Positions 36,914 through 50,000 of a stretch of DNA of 64,000 bases are shown here, piece after piece (position 1 is the first letter of the stretch; each line of letters begins with the position of its first letter). This stretch comes from Piromyces finnis finn. Lineage: Eukaryota; Fungi; Neocallimastigomycota. The notes under the pieces were generated by a model. It made no database searches. It worked only from the letters and a program-made list of their open reading frames with translations, and was not told the DNA's origin. The stretch is from positions 124,001-188,000 of the forward strand of contig MCFH01000075.1 of assembly GCA_002104945.1 (NCBI GenBank), given 5' to 3'. Both the position numbers and the translations under genes were made by a program.

Positions 36914-39900
36914 ATGGAAATAGATACACAAAATATTTCTAATACCCCAAAGAACGTTCATTTTGATAATAAAGGCAAAAATGTCGAAAATGAAATGAAC
37001 TCTATGGAAAATTCAGAAGAGAGATTACAAAATACAGAAGAAAACACTAATAGCAGTGATGAAGGTGGAAATTTAGAATATATTAATGGTGAAGACGATT
37101 ATGTTGAATACGATGAATATAATGAAGAAGATGACGAATTTCATAATGTCAAAGATAGACAAGAGGTAAAAAGAAAATAAAAATATTATATAATTGCAAA
37201 TAAATAAATTTATGGGTTATTTTACATATCAATATAAAATGTGTTTAATCCTGATTTTTTAATAATTTTGGTATACTTTATTAGGCAATTAATGTAAGTC
37301 ATCCATTCGGTCTTCGTCTTTGGAAACCTGCTCTTTATAAAAAACATCGTTCAATTTTTACAAAAACACATGAAGCCCTTCACTCTAAACCTGGTCAATC
37401 ATATTCAAAAGCGGAAATCTTCCTTTTCCCCGGTAATATTATTTGGACTATTACCTTTGGTTGGATGGCAGCTTTAACATATTTATTTGTAGCTATTTGC
37501 CTTCTTATACCAGTATTTATTGTAGTTTTTATTCTTGAGCATGTTTTAAAACCACATCAAGCTATCTCTCTTTCACCTAAACCAAAACAATCAACTATAT
37601 TAGCCAGATATATTAGAGTAAACTTATTTTAAGTTATAATATATATTCAATATATATATATATAAAATTAATCAAATAATATTAATATATACATATATTT
37701 AGTTATTGTTTGGTATTACACATTATATTTTATGGCCTTTTGGAAAATACATTGAAAAAGTTAAAGGAAACTTTTCCGAAGATATTGATTACTACGCTGC
37801 AATAAACGAAGAAGATAATGATCGCTACAATAATTTCTTCAATCATGATATTGTAGGTGATTATTCAAGGAAAAGAAATGAACATTTCGCTCGTAAATAT
37901 GGTTATGAAGAAGAAGAATTAAAATGGGATTTTAAAAAACTTTTAAACTTATTCTTAAAAAATGGTATTTCAGGATTCTGTTATTACTTATTCATATTAA
38001 CAATAATTGCACCAATGCATTTAATTGTTGCTGCTATTTGTTGGATGTTCGTTGTTTCAATTCCAATGAGCAAATTAAATTTTGTTCTCCTTAACCACAT
38101 GTTATACGAACCATTAGAACTTTTTGTTCACTCTTCAAGCCCTCCACCATTCCAATTTAGTACAATATTTAAAAAAATAAAGAAAAATGATGATGATGAG
38201 GCTATTCTTCCTCTCATGAGCTCCCAATCAAATTCTCAATCCAATGATTTCAATAGTAATTATCAAGTTTCGGGTCAAACAGAAATTATTTTATGTACTT
38301 ATCGTGCTATTGGTCTTCGTTACTACAAATATACTTTTGGTGGTATCAACGTAATTTTCTTCAATTCTCTTCTTTTTGTCGTCTTTACCCTTTTAGACGC
38401 CTACATAATTTCACCAAGTACCGGAAAAACAGGAATTGGTCATCCATTAGTAATTTTCTTTTCATCTTTAATTTCAGTTATTCCATTAGCCTACTTTATT
38501 GGTATGTCTGTATCTTCTATCACTGCACAAACCAATTTAGCTCTTGGTGCAGTTATTAATGCAACTTTTGGTAGTATAATTGAAGTAATTCTTTACACAA
38601 TTGCCTTAGCTGAAGGAAAAGCGAAAATTGTTGAAGGTTCTTTAATTGGTTCTGTATTAACTGGTATTCTTGCATTACCAGGTATGAGTATGTTAACTGG
38701 TGGTATAAAAAGAAAAGAACAACGTTTTAATGCTAAAAGTGCTGGTGTTTCATCTACACTTTTAATTCTTTCTATCATTGGTATATTTACACCAACTCTT
38801 TTCCAAAAATTTTATGGTGCATACAATTTAGTTTGCGAAGAATGTCCTAATAACTTAAGTTCCTCTAATAATTCTACCTTAACGGATGCCACCACAATTA
38901 TGACTCAATGCAAAAATTGTCGCTTTAAACAACCAGATCCATTAGAAGATGAATTCTACCATAGTCACACTAAATATTTAGTTTGTATTTGTGCTGTAGC
39001 ATTAGTATTAACCTATGCTGTTGGTTTATTATTTACTCTTCGTACTCACGTCAAACAAATTTATGAAAAAACAAAAAAGAATAGTCAAAGACGTAAATCT
39101 CGTTCAAGAACTCGTCGCTCTTCTCGTACTCGCGCCAAAAAGAATTATTCAGGTTCATCCTACGATAATACAACCAACCGTAGCACTAATACTGCTACTA
39201 GTAACAATCTTAGCTATCCAGATGAAGATATCATATATAACTCATATGGTGAAATTATTAATAAAGACAGTAATATAAAATATGAATTTAATAATTTAAT
39301 AAATAGTGGAAATGAACGTTATTACCGTTATGATTCCGAAGCATCTTCATCATCTAAGAAAAGTCAAAGAAGTAGCCGTAGAAGAGGTCGTAGAAGTAAT
39401 AGCAGAAATAGTAGTATTAATAAAAATGAAAATGTTGATAAAACTCAGGATATTCTTTTAAAAGAACAACCCCATAATGACAGTGGTAATAACAATAGTA
39501 ATAAGGTTGATGCTGAAAATGTTGTTACCATTTCAAATGATAAATCAAAAGAACAAAAACTCTATACTATATTAAATATTCAAGCCGAAGAACCTTCCTA
39601 CCAACCAAAAATTCGTCGTCGTAATATTAAATCTAAGGAAGACAATACCTCTATTTTATCTGAAGATAGTGATACTGATAGTAATGAAGAAAAGGAAGTT
39701 GGACATGAAGCTCCAAGTTGGACTAAATTAGAAAGTGTCATTGTATTACTCGTATCAACTATCATCTTCTCATTATTAGCCGAAATTTTAATTGGTTCTG
39801 TTGATGTTGTATTAAAAAGTATTAGCTTGGATGAAAAATTCTTAGGTGTTACTTTATTCGCTCTTGCACCAAATGTTTCTGAATTCTATAATGCTATTGC

Positions 39901-40207
39901 TTTTGCTATGTATGGAAATATTGCTCTTTCTTTAGAAATTGGTAGTGCCTATGCTACTCAAGTAGCTATGCTTCAAATTCCTGCTATTATAGGTATTTGT
40001 AGTGTTCGTCACTTCTTTATTGATCTTCCATATGAAAGTAAATATTTCTTTACCTTAATCTTCAGTAAATGGGATATAATAACTATTATTATTGGTGTCT
40101 TTTTATTATCTCATGTTTATACTGAAGGAAAAAGTAATTACTTTAAAGGGGCAATGCTTTTAATGGCTTATACCGTTTTTGTCATTTCTTATTACTTTGC
40201 TGTTTAA
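36914..40207 (+). CDS. VNX1: Vnx1-type (type II CAX) cation/H+ exchanger. Exons 36914-37165, 37285-37617, 37703-40207
   Basis: Exon 2 has the Vnx1 family signature HPFGLRLWKPALYKK. YccF-like segments (LWPFGK, IPMSKLN). Alpha-repeats NATFGSIIE/GSLIGS and PNVSEFYNAIAFA/GSAYATQVAMLQIP. Many TM helices. Confidence 0.88.
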
Positions 40208-40599
40208 GCAAAATAAACTATCTTTTTTTTTCAATATATATTTAATTAAATGTTTTAATGAATTATTAGGTTTAATATTTTTTTTTAATTGGGTTAAATA
40301 ATATAATATTATTAATAATTTTTTTATAAGATGTATATATATATACACATATATTTACTAAAAGTTATATATATTTATATTATAAATTATTAAATAAAAG
40401 CAAATTTTGATATATAATAATAATAATAAAAAAAAAAAAAAATACATATTTTCAATCTTTATTTTTTTTTTTTTTTTTTTATAATTTTGTGTAGCAATAC
40501 TTTATTTTTACTTTTATAATGTAGATAGAAATTTTTTATATTATTTATTATATATATTGTTATTGTTATAATACTGCATGCAATATATGTATTTAAAAA

Positions 40600-40647
<48 letters not shown>

Positions 40648-40727
40648 GATAATAATGATAAAATATTAATTCTATAAAAGGGATTAAAGTATTTTTAAAA
40701 AAAAAAAAATAATAAAGAATAATTATT

Positions 40728-43700
40728 TTAATTTGTATTTTTTTCTAAAAATTTTATGGTTTTCTCTAACATTTCTGTATCTTCAAAATTAATAGAACTT
40801 AATTCTTCTAATTCTTTATCTAAATCATTTTCATTTTCATGCTTAGCTTGACTTTTAAATTTCATTGATGATAGTAAAGTATCTACATTTTCTTCCTTTT
40901 CCTTCATATTATTCTTTACAGAATCCTTAACCGACGGGATATCCTGTTCAATATTTTGTAATAAATCAGTAATTCCTTTCATTTCATCAATTTCTTGATG
41001 AAGATGGCTTATAAGAGTATCAATATTATCATCGAATGTTTCCTCTAATTCTTGTTGTTTTGAATTATCAGATGGTGATATTGAATTTAATTGAGGAATT
41101 GTGGATAATGTTGTGGAAGAATGATCTTTACCCTCTTTTTTATCCAATGAATTTAACTCAACATTATTCTCTTTAAGTAAAGATGAAATTTCACTATTAT
41201 TATTTTCAAATTCTAAAATTTCTTTTTTAATATTATAAATTTCTACTTCATTCTCATCTATATCAGAAAAAATTTGTAAAGGTAGGGATGGCTCTATTAC
41301 TGATAAGGAAGATGGTTCAACATCCTTAGTTTTACTACTACTTGATACCGGAACTGATAAACTATTATTATTTACTATTTCATTTGATGCCATTGATTCT
41401 TTTGTTGATGGTTCTAAATTAATATCATTCTTGGTATTACTATTATTAGTAATAGTAGTAGCATCATTAGTGTTAGTATTAGTATCATTGGTATTATTAT
41501 TAATAGTTGTAATAGTATTTTTATTAGTATCATTAGCATTATTATCAATAGTTGTAGTAGTAGTAGTATTTTTATTAGTATTATTAGCATTATTATTAAT
41601 AGTTGTAGTAGTAATAGTATTTTTATTAATCTCATTAGCATTATTCTTAATAGTTATAGTAGTATTATCAGTATTTGTATCAGTATCGATATTGTTAATA
41701 GTAATAGCATCATTAATAGTTGTAGTAGTGGCTGCAGTTGTTGTTATTGTTATATTTTCTTTGTTATCTTCTTCTAATTGTTCTATCTGTTTTTTTAATT
41801 CAAGAGCTATTGATTCTTGTTCTTCGATATTTTGATAGCTATCATTCAACAATGATGTATCTGATCTATTTAATCCTTCTGAATCTAATAGATTAGGTTG
41901 CATTGAAGATACCTTTGCTTTCTTTCGAATATGCTCATTATCAGATAATTGATTATTGATAGTATCTACAGTATTTTCCTGTATTTCAGAACAACTACGC
42001 TTATTATTAAACAATGATAAAGAATTTTTATATAATTCTGAAATTGGATATTTTTTTAATTCTGGAGAAGTAGAAGAAGACGATACAATATTATTCTCTT
42101 GTGGAATAATATTTGAATTATTGAATGATGATGGTAATGTAGAAGTTGAAACTTCGGGAATATTGTTACTGGTAGATGAAGAGGCAAAATCTAAACCTAA
42201 TATTTCATTTATTTTACTTAATTCTAATAAAGGTTCTGTGGATGGAATTGCACTTATTATATCATTACTACCAGAAGGTATAACAGTTGCCTTATTTGAT
42301 TGATCGAGAGTTAAATCGGATGTATGATTAATTAGATCAGGTTGTTGAGTAGTCTTAAATAAATCTAAATTAAATTTATTATTATCAATATTAATAGGAA
42401 GAGAGGATAACACATCACCCTGAGATGAAATATCTGAAATTTCATTAACATTTTTATTTAATATGGTTGAAAATAACGATGAACTAATTGGTTCTATTCT
42501 TTCAGTATTTTCTTTACCTTCGTTACTATAATAATTAGATAATAAATCTAAATCAATAGGTTGAATTGAAGATGATGATAGATCATCATTAATAATATTC
42601 AAATTTGTATTTGAATTCGTAATTTGATCTGTTATTAAGTTGGTATTTTCATTTTGCTTTAACTGTGGTACGTTTATAAAAGAAGATGAAGAAGAATGAG
42701 GAGTAGAAACTTTAGGTGGTTTATTTAATATATCTAAAGGAGATGATATATTGTAATCTAACGGTAAAAGAAGAGAAGATGGAAAAAGAGAGGGTGTAGG
42801 TATTTTCTCAGTTAACTGAGCTTTATCTAAATCGTATGAAAAATCTGATGATAAACTATTGACTTTCTTTCTTTTATGTGTATTACTAGTATTAGCACTG
42901 TTATTTGAAAGATTAAGAGAATGATAACGATTATGTTTATGATTATTATTTCTAGCGATTTTTCCCCATTCTCTTTCAGCCCTTTCCTATTATCAATAAT
43001 AAAAAAATTTTAATAATTTTATAATTTATATATTTATATATATAGTAATAATATATTTGAATTCAAGGTATATAATAAATTCAAATTTTTTATTTATTCA
43101 TTTATTAATGCTAATAATATAATAATTATTAATATTTACCCTAACAGTTAACCCTTCTAAATTTTCTTCTTCAAATTCATTTTCATTTTGACCTAGGTTT
43201 TGCATTATATCATCATCATCATCATCACCTTCTTCATCAATTTCTTCATCCGAATGATTATACTTTCCTATTAGTTTTTCTAAATAATTGGCATTATCTA
43301 ATTTATCAAGTTTAAGCGAATAACGATGCTGATAATAAGAGATATTGTATAAATCGTTTTCATTTATATTATCTAAAAAGGAAGAGAATTCATTTCTCTC
43401 AAATAAATTATTTGAAGGATTTAGTTTTACAGATCGTCCTATAGATTTGATATCGGTATTTTTGACTAAATTACTTTTTTTTTCAAAATATTGATTAAAT
43501 ATATTATTAATATCTTCCAATTCATTATCGTTTATGATATTATGCTATGGTTTTTTAAAGTTTTACGGAAATTAATACGTTAAAATATTATATATTGTAA
43601 TTATAATAATAGTATAAATAATCAACATTCAATAAAATATTATTAGTTTTAATTTCATAAGCATTAAATTTAAAATGATACAATTATAATAATTTGTATT

Positions 43701-44407
43701 ACTTACAAAATTGAAATTTTCTATATAATTTTGAATATTTTCTAATTCTTCTGATATACTTTTTCTTTTTGAAATGGTGATATTATAAAATAAATATATA
43801 TTGTATATGTAATAATAAAAAAAGTAAAATAAGCGTTTATATATAAAGAAAAGATGCATAAGTTTATAATAAAACAAAAAAAAAAAAAAAAAAAAAAAAA
43901 AAGTTGATTATTAATTAAATATTTATATATATAATTTATAATTAATAATAATACTTACTTTTTTGTAAACTCTAATCCTTCTTGGCCTTTACAATATGCT
44001 ACAAATTCAAAAATTTGGTCATATTTCATTTTATAAAAAATATACATTGTATCATAAAGATTATGTTTTTTTGCCCATTCATTGATATTACATAATTTTA
44101 TCCAAACATCTATGTATAGAGTAAAATAAAAAGAAATAATGAAATTATAAATAATTATATGTTACATGTATATATTAAAATTAAAATAATTCAAATCTGA
44201 AAATTATATTCATTATCTTACATTGTGTAATTTTAATTAATACTTTTGGAAATGCGTTTGGTTGGGTATAATAAAGCATATATAAAATATATAAATTACC
44301 AATATCCATATAGGCATTATTAAATTGAATTAAGTAAGCTAAAAATTTAAACCAAAAAAATAATAAAATTTAATTTATATAATTTGAAATTTGAAATCCG
44401 AAATTGC

Positions 44408-44442
<35 letters not shown>

Positions 44443-44910
44443 TACTTACAAATAGGAATTTCATACAATCCCATTAAATATTTATTTCGATAGTTTTTAT
44501 CCGTACAAATAAATTGGATTAAGGTAAAATCCAATTCTTCCCATAAATTAACAAAATCTTTAAATTTTAAAGATTTTAGCTTTTAAAAAAATAAATGTAT
44601 TTTTATTATTTTATTATTGTCAATAAATATTTGTTGTTGTTGTTATTATTAAAATATGAAAAAATAAATTATTGTTATATTATATTATATTCTATTATAT
44701 TATAGAAATGATGAAAATACATTCCATAATGAAAATCTACTTATAAATACTTTTATATACCTTAATAAATTCCTGTAATAAGTATCTTAAATCATTCTCA
44801 ATTGCTTTTTTTTCAATTGCAATGTCACCAATAACTAAAGAAGGTGGTCCATATATAATTTTGTTAGTTACATTTGTTGTTGAAGTTGTATTACTACTAA
44901 TAATGCTCAT
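40728..44910 (-). CDS. SNAPC1: SNAPC1/SNAP43-like snRNA-activating complex subunit with long low-complexity C-terminus. Exons 44910-44761, 44579-44450, 44338-44222, 44109-43959, 43764(or 43758)-43707, 43544-43140, 42986-40728
   Basis: The rebuilt N-terminus ENDLRYLLQEFIKLKSLKFKDFVNLWEELDFTLI...LYILYMLYYTQP..PKVLIKIT..W..........LYDTMYIFYKMKYDQIFEFVA lines up motif by motif with human SNAPC1 as I recall it (DCEALLSRF..SVRFEDFTELW..MKFGTIF; LYLLYGLYNTQ..PKQKIRV; HFDAAYIFRKL..RAFHFTA). All junctions are GT-AG and in frame; the exon 5 acceptor is weak. Confidence 0.8.
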
Positions 44911-45132
44911 TCCAATTAAAAATTCTTTTTTATTAAGAGTTACAAATTTGTTTGTTTTTAATTAATTACATCCATATAAAATGAATTATTAAATATTTGA
45001 CTAAAAGAAATATATAATATTATATAATGAAAATATATAGTAGCAATCAATTTAATGTATAAAATATAAATTATTAAAATACAATGATGTAATAAAATAT
45101 TAACGCACTATTTATAATATTTTTAACAAATA

Positions 45133-45165
<33 letters not shown>

Positions 45166-46760
45166 AAATTATTTTTTATATTAATTAAATATTAATTTAT
45201 ATAATTAAATTTTATAAATTTAATAAATCTAATCATTAAATTTTAAAAAAAGTATTAAGTAAAAAAAAGATATTAAAGTATATGTGTATTGTATACTACA
45301 TTATGTTATGTTTTTTTTTTTTTTTAATAATTTAACAGTAAAGAAATTAGATTTAAGATTTTACAAATCACTATTATTTATATAAAAAAATAAATATAGC
45401 AATTTCTTTAATGCTTATATTTTATCTTCATTTCTTATTAATATTTTTTTTTTTAAGTAATGATATCACATCTACCTTATAATAATTATAAAAATTCTTA
45501 TTATATGATATATTACCTATTTGTGATATTCAAAAATACAGTATTGAAAAACGTGCAAATAGAAAAGATAAATTAATATATAAATTTTGTTTTTTTAAAA
45601 AAGCTGTTATTTCATATAATTATATTTTTTTTTAAAAAAAAAATAATACTACAATATATATAAACATTTTTCAAACTTATTTGATAAGGAAAAAGAATTA
45701 TTAATACAAAATAATATTCAAATACTGCGTCATTAAATTTATATAGGTAACTTTTTAAAATTTATTATTAATTACATCAAGAGAGGATATTGCTCGATTA
45801 ACCTAATCTTTTAAAATTTCATAAAATAACCTAATCTTTATAGAAAAAGTTGTTCCAAAATTTTTTAACTTGGTGATTCCTTATAATATTATTATTATAT
45901 AATATAATTTAAAAATATTTTGTATTATATTGAATCTTAATAATTATATTTTATAATATATTTAATATATTTAATATTGATGTATAAATAATCATTTAAT
46001 AAAATATTAAAGAATTAACTTTTGATTTTATTTTTATATTTTTTTTTTATTTCTTTTTATTTTAATATATAAATACAAGAAAATAGACACTTTATTATAA
46101 ATAATATACATTGGCAATTATACTTATAATGCCTTATTTATTTATATATTAATTTATTATTAACTTTCTTTTTCATCCAGATAACATTAAAAAGTAATTT
46201 ATTGTTGATATATATATATAAATTATTATTTATATTTATTTACTTTTTCATTAATAAAAACCAAAACAATTTTATAATCCAAAAAACAATAATAAAAATA
46301 AAAAAATAAAATAAAATAAAATTATATATATCGTAAAAATATTCAATGAATGAATTGAATAAGTGATAATTTATGATATGGACGAATAATTATTATTAAT
46401 GTTTATAGATACTCATACTTCTATTTAATTTTTTATAAACATTATAAATATTCAAAAACATTGTTTACAATCAATTTAAAATTTGCAATATTGAAACAAG
46501 TATATTTATATTTAAATTTAATTTTTTTCGAGAATTGGAAAAGATATTTTAATACCTGTTATGTATTATGTATTATGTTGGTTACAATTAAAATAATAAT
46601 AATAAATATATAAAAAATTTTTTTATCAATTAATGAAATTATTGAAGACAACATTCAATTTAAAACATAAATATAATGTTTATAATAAATTATCTTTATT
46701 TACTTTTTAAAATATTTTTTTTTATTAACATATTTATATAATTTAGTATAAATGCGTATT

Positions 46761-46792
46761 TTTTGGAGGGGCCGGATTTGGACCCTCTAAAA
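46761..46792. other. Isolated GC-rich imperfect palindrome about 300 bp upstream of SEC7
   Basis: ttttggaggggcc-ggattt-ggaccctctaaaa: 13-bp stem with one G.U pair and one mismatch, in an almost pure A/T background. Confidence 0.55.
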
Positions 46793-47093
46793 TTGAGCAT
46801 TTTTATTAAAACTGTAGATATTATAATATTATAGTATTTATTTTTATTGTATTTGAATCTTTATATTAATATTTATTTATTTTTAAACATATATATATAT
46901 AGATTATATTAAAGAGGCTAATTTAAAAAGAAAGTTATTAGTAAAATAAAAGCAAAGTAATAATTTTTTTTAAATTCTATACATTTTATTTTAATTACTA
47001 CAAACAAATTTAAATAAAAATAATTTTGTGAGAGAAAATCAAATCAATTACAAATTACATCATAATTATTTAATAACTTCATATATACACAAA

Positions 47094-50000
47094 ATGAAAA
47101 AACAATTGTACAGTAACGAAGACTTGATAGTTCAGGTTCAAAATTATTTAAAAAAAATTTTAGCAGAAACTGGCTCAAGACAAAAGAGCTTGAAAGAGTC
47201 AATAAATGCAACACTTGATATTTTAAAAGAAGATTTAAAATTAGTACAGGAACAAAAAGGTCAATTAGTAAATCAAGTAGACGAAACAGAAGCGGAAAGT
47301 AATAACGACGATACCACTAATTTACCCGAAGATAACAATGAAGATTTAGAAAAACAAGATAGAACTACTGAAATTAGTAATATTACAGAAATTGAAGTAA
47401 AACCAGTTCCACTTATTGGGTAAAGTTTATAAATATATTAGTAATAAAACAATTTTTTTTATTAAATTATGAAATTTTGATTTTATTATAAATCATTTAA
47501 ATTTAATATAGAGCTGAAAAATATTGGGAACCATTTAAATTAGCATGTAATCCAAAAAACACTGTTAAAATAAGAGAACTTGCTTTAGATGCTCTTCAAT
47601 ATTTAATTTCACATCGCATGTTAACTGGTTCAACCCCATTAGATATAAATCAAGAACCAATACAAACACCAAATATTACATCTGGAATTATTAAAGATAT
47701 TAAGAATAGTGAAAATGAAGAAACATTAACTCAAAATTCAAATGCTAGTGTAGTATCTGAATCTGAACCAACTACACCAACTGATAAAAATACTAAAAAT
47801 CCTCAATATCCATCTCCAGCATTTTTAATTGATGAAATTATACATGTTATTTGTTCATCATTTACATTGGCACCAGCCGATGAAACAGTTCAATTGAGGG
47901 TTTTAAAAGCTTTGTTAACATCAGTTACTTCAACATCATGTGAAGTTCATCATGTTACCCTTTTAAAGTTAATTCAAACCTGTTTTAATATATACATATA
48001 TTCAAAAAATTCTAACAATCAAATTACTTCAAAAGCTGTTCTTACTCAAATGATTAATTTAGTATTTTCACGTATGGAACGTTATTCATATGTTCTTTCA
48101 AAACACATTGAAAATGGTACTTTATTAAAAATTTCAAAGAATACACCATTAAGAGAAGTTGTTGAGCAATTCTCTGATTTCCCAAAAGACACCCAATCAA
48201 ATCAAACTGATGATCAAAATATACCTCAAGATACAACTGAGATTGATTCTCATATTAAAAATACCCAAGATGAAAATTCACAAGTTATTCATGAAAATGA
48301 AAATATAAATGAGAAGACTGATACTGCTTCAGAAGAACATGGTAAAAAGAACACATCAAAGATACATATTAAAACTCATTCAACTTCATATTCTGTAAGT
48401 AGTATAACTACTTCTAATTCAGCTCGTAATCCATATGATCCAACAATTGCATATTATAATGAGTTATTAAGAAAAGACGTTTTTCTTGTTTTTAGATTAC
48501 TTTGTCAATTATCTCTTTTTAAGGATAATGGTCAAGCTGTATCATTTAATAATAATATTTCAACTTCACAAAGTTCAGTAGATCTTTCACCTACTTCTAT
48601 TAGAGCTAGAACTATTGCTCTTGAATTAATTTTATCAATTATAACTAACTCTGGTCCTGTTTTCCAAAAAGATCCATTATACTGTGATATGATTAAAAAT
48701 TATCTTTGCATTTCAATTTCTAAAAATGGTATTTCTGAAAATCCACTTGTTTTTGAATTAAGTTTATCTATTTTTATTATGATGCTTAGATTCTATAAGG
48801 CTCAATTAAAGTCTGAAATTGAAGTTATTCTCAATACTATTTATCTTCACATTTTAGATATGGGTAGTGCTAGTTTTATTCAAAAGAAAAAACTTTTAGA
48901 AGGTCTTTTAAAGGTTTGTGAAAATCCTCAAACTCTTGTTGATATTTATTTAAATTATGATTGTGACTTAAATTTAGAAAGTATTTTTGAAAAATTAATT
49001 AATTCTTGTGCTCGTGTTGCCCAAGGTCATGGCCTTAAAAAAAGCAGTAAAAACTCAAACCAAAGCGAAATTTCTATTCAACAAGAAACTGAACTTCGTA
49101 TTTGTAGTACAAAATGTTTAGTTTCTATTATCAACTCTATGGTTGAATGGTCAAAAGAAATACAACCATCTGGTGATTTCTCAAATGATCTTAGTTTAAA
49201 TACAATTGATGATGAAGTTGAAAATATTTCAGAAGGTACTTTAAATAACCATAAAGAAAAGAAAAGAGGATCTAATGTTAGTAGTGCTGCTTCTTCTTCC
49301 CTTAATTTACAAGCTTTAAAGGAAGAAGGTAAAACTATTGGGGTTCAAAGAAATAGTTCTACATCTAATTTAAGTACTTATTCTAATGCTAATTCAGCTA
49401 GTTTTAGGGATGCATTACTTCCACAAAATCAAATTCACAATGTCTTAATTTATAAGAATCCATTAGGATCTATTTCTTTAAATGATATTAGTCGTCAAAA
49501 TAATAACCAACAAGTACAATCCAGTATGTCCAGTGAAGCTCTTAATACTAAGTTTGAAGAGGTTCTCTCAAAAAAGCATGCTCTCACTAAGGGTATTAAT
49601 CTTTTCAATATTAGACCAAAGAAGGGTATTGAATTTTTAATTAATGAGGGCTTTTTAACTAGAGATTTAGATGCTATTAGTCAATTCCTTCATAATACTT
49701 CTGGTCTTAATAAGGCTGCTATTGGTGAATATTTAGGTGAGGGTGATGAATTTAACATTCAACTTATGCATAAATTTGTTGATGCTATGGACTTTTATGA
49801 TCTTCCATTTGTTGGAGCTATTAGAAAATTCTTACAATCTTTCCGTTTACCAGGTGAATCACAAAAGATTGATCGTTTAATGGAAAAGTTTGCTGATCGT
49901 TACTGTGATAATAATCCAGATGTTTTCGCAAATGCTGATACTGCCTATACATTAGCTTTTTCTGTTATTATGTTAAACACTGATCAACACTCCTCACAAA

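Noticed and set aside
12633-40207. Possible calcium-signalling cluster (Crz1-like factor plus CAX-family exchanger)
   Set aside because: They are 21 kb apart with unrelated genes in between, and yeast Vnx1 is a monovalent-cation exchanger; there is no evidence for functional clustering.
41431-41835. 134-aa very hydrophobic ORF (+) that looks like a membrane protein
   Set aside because: It is the antisense shadow of the Thr/Asn repeats in the real minus-strand gene; the same applies to 41956-42303.
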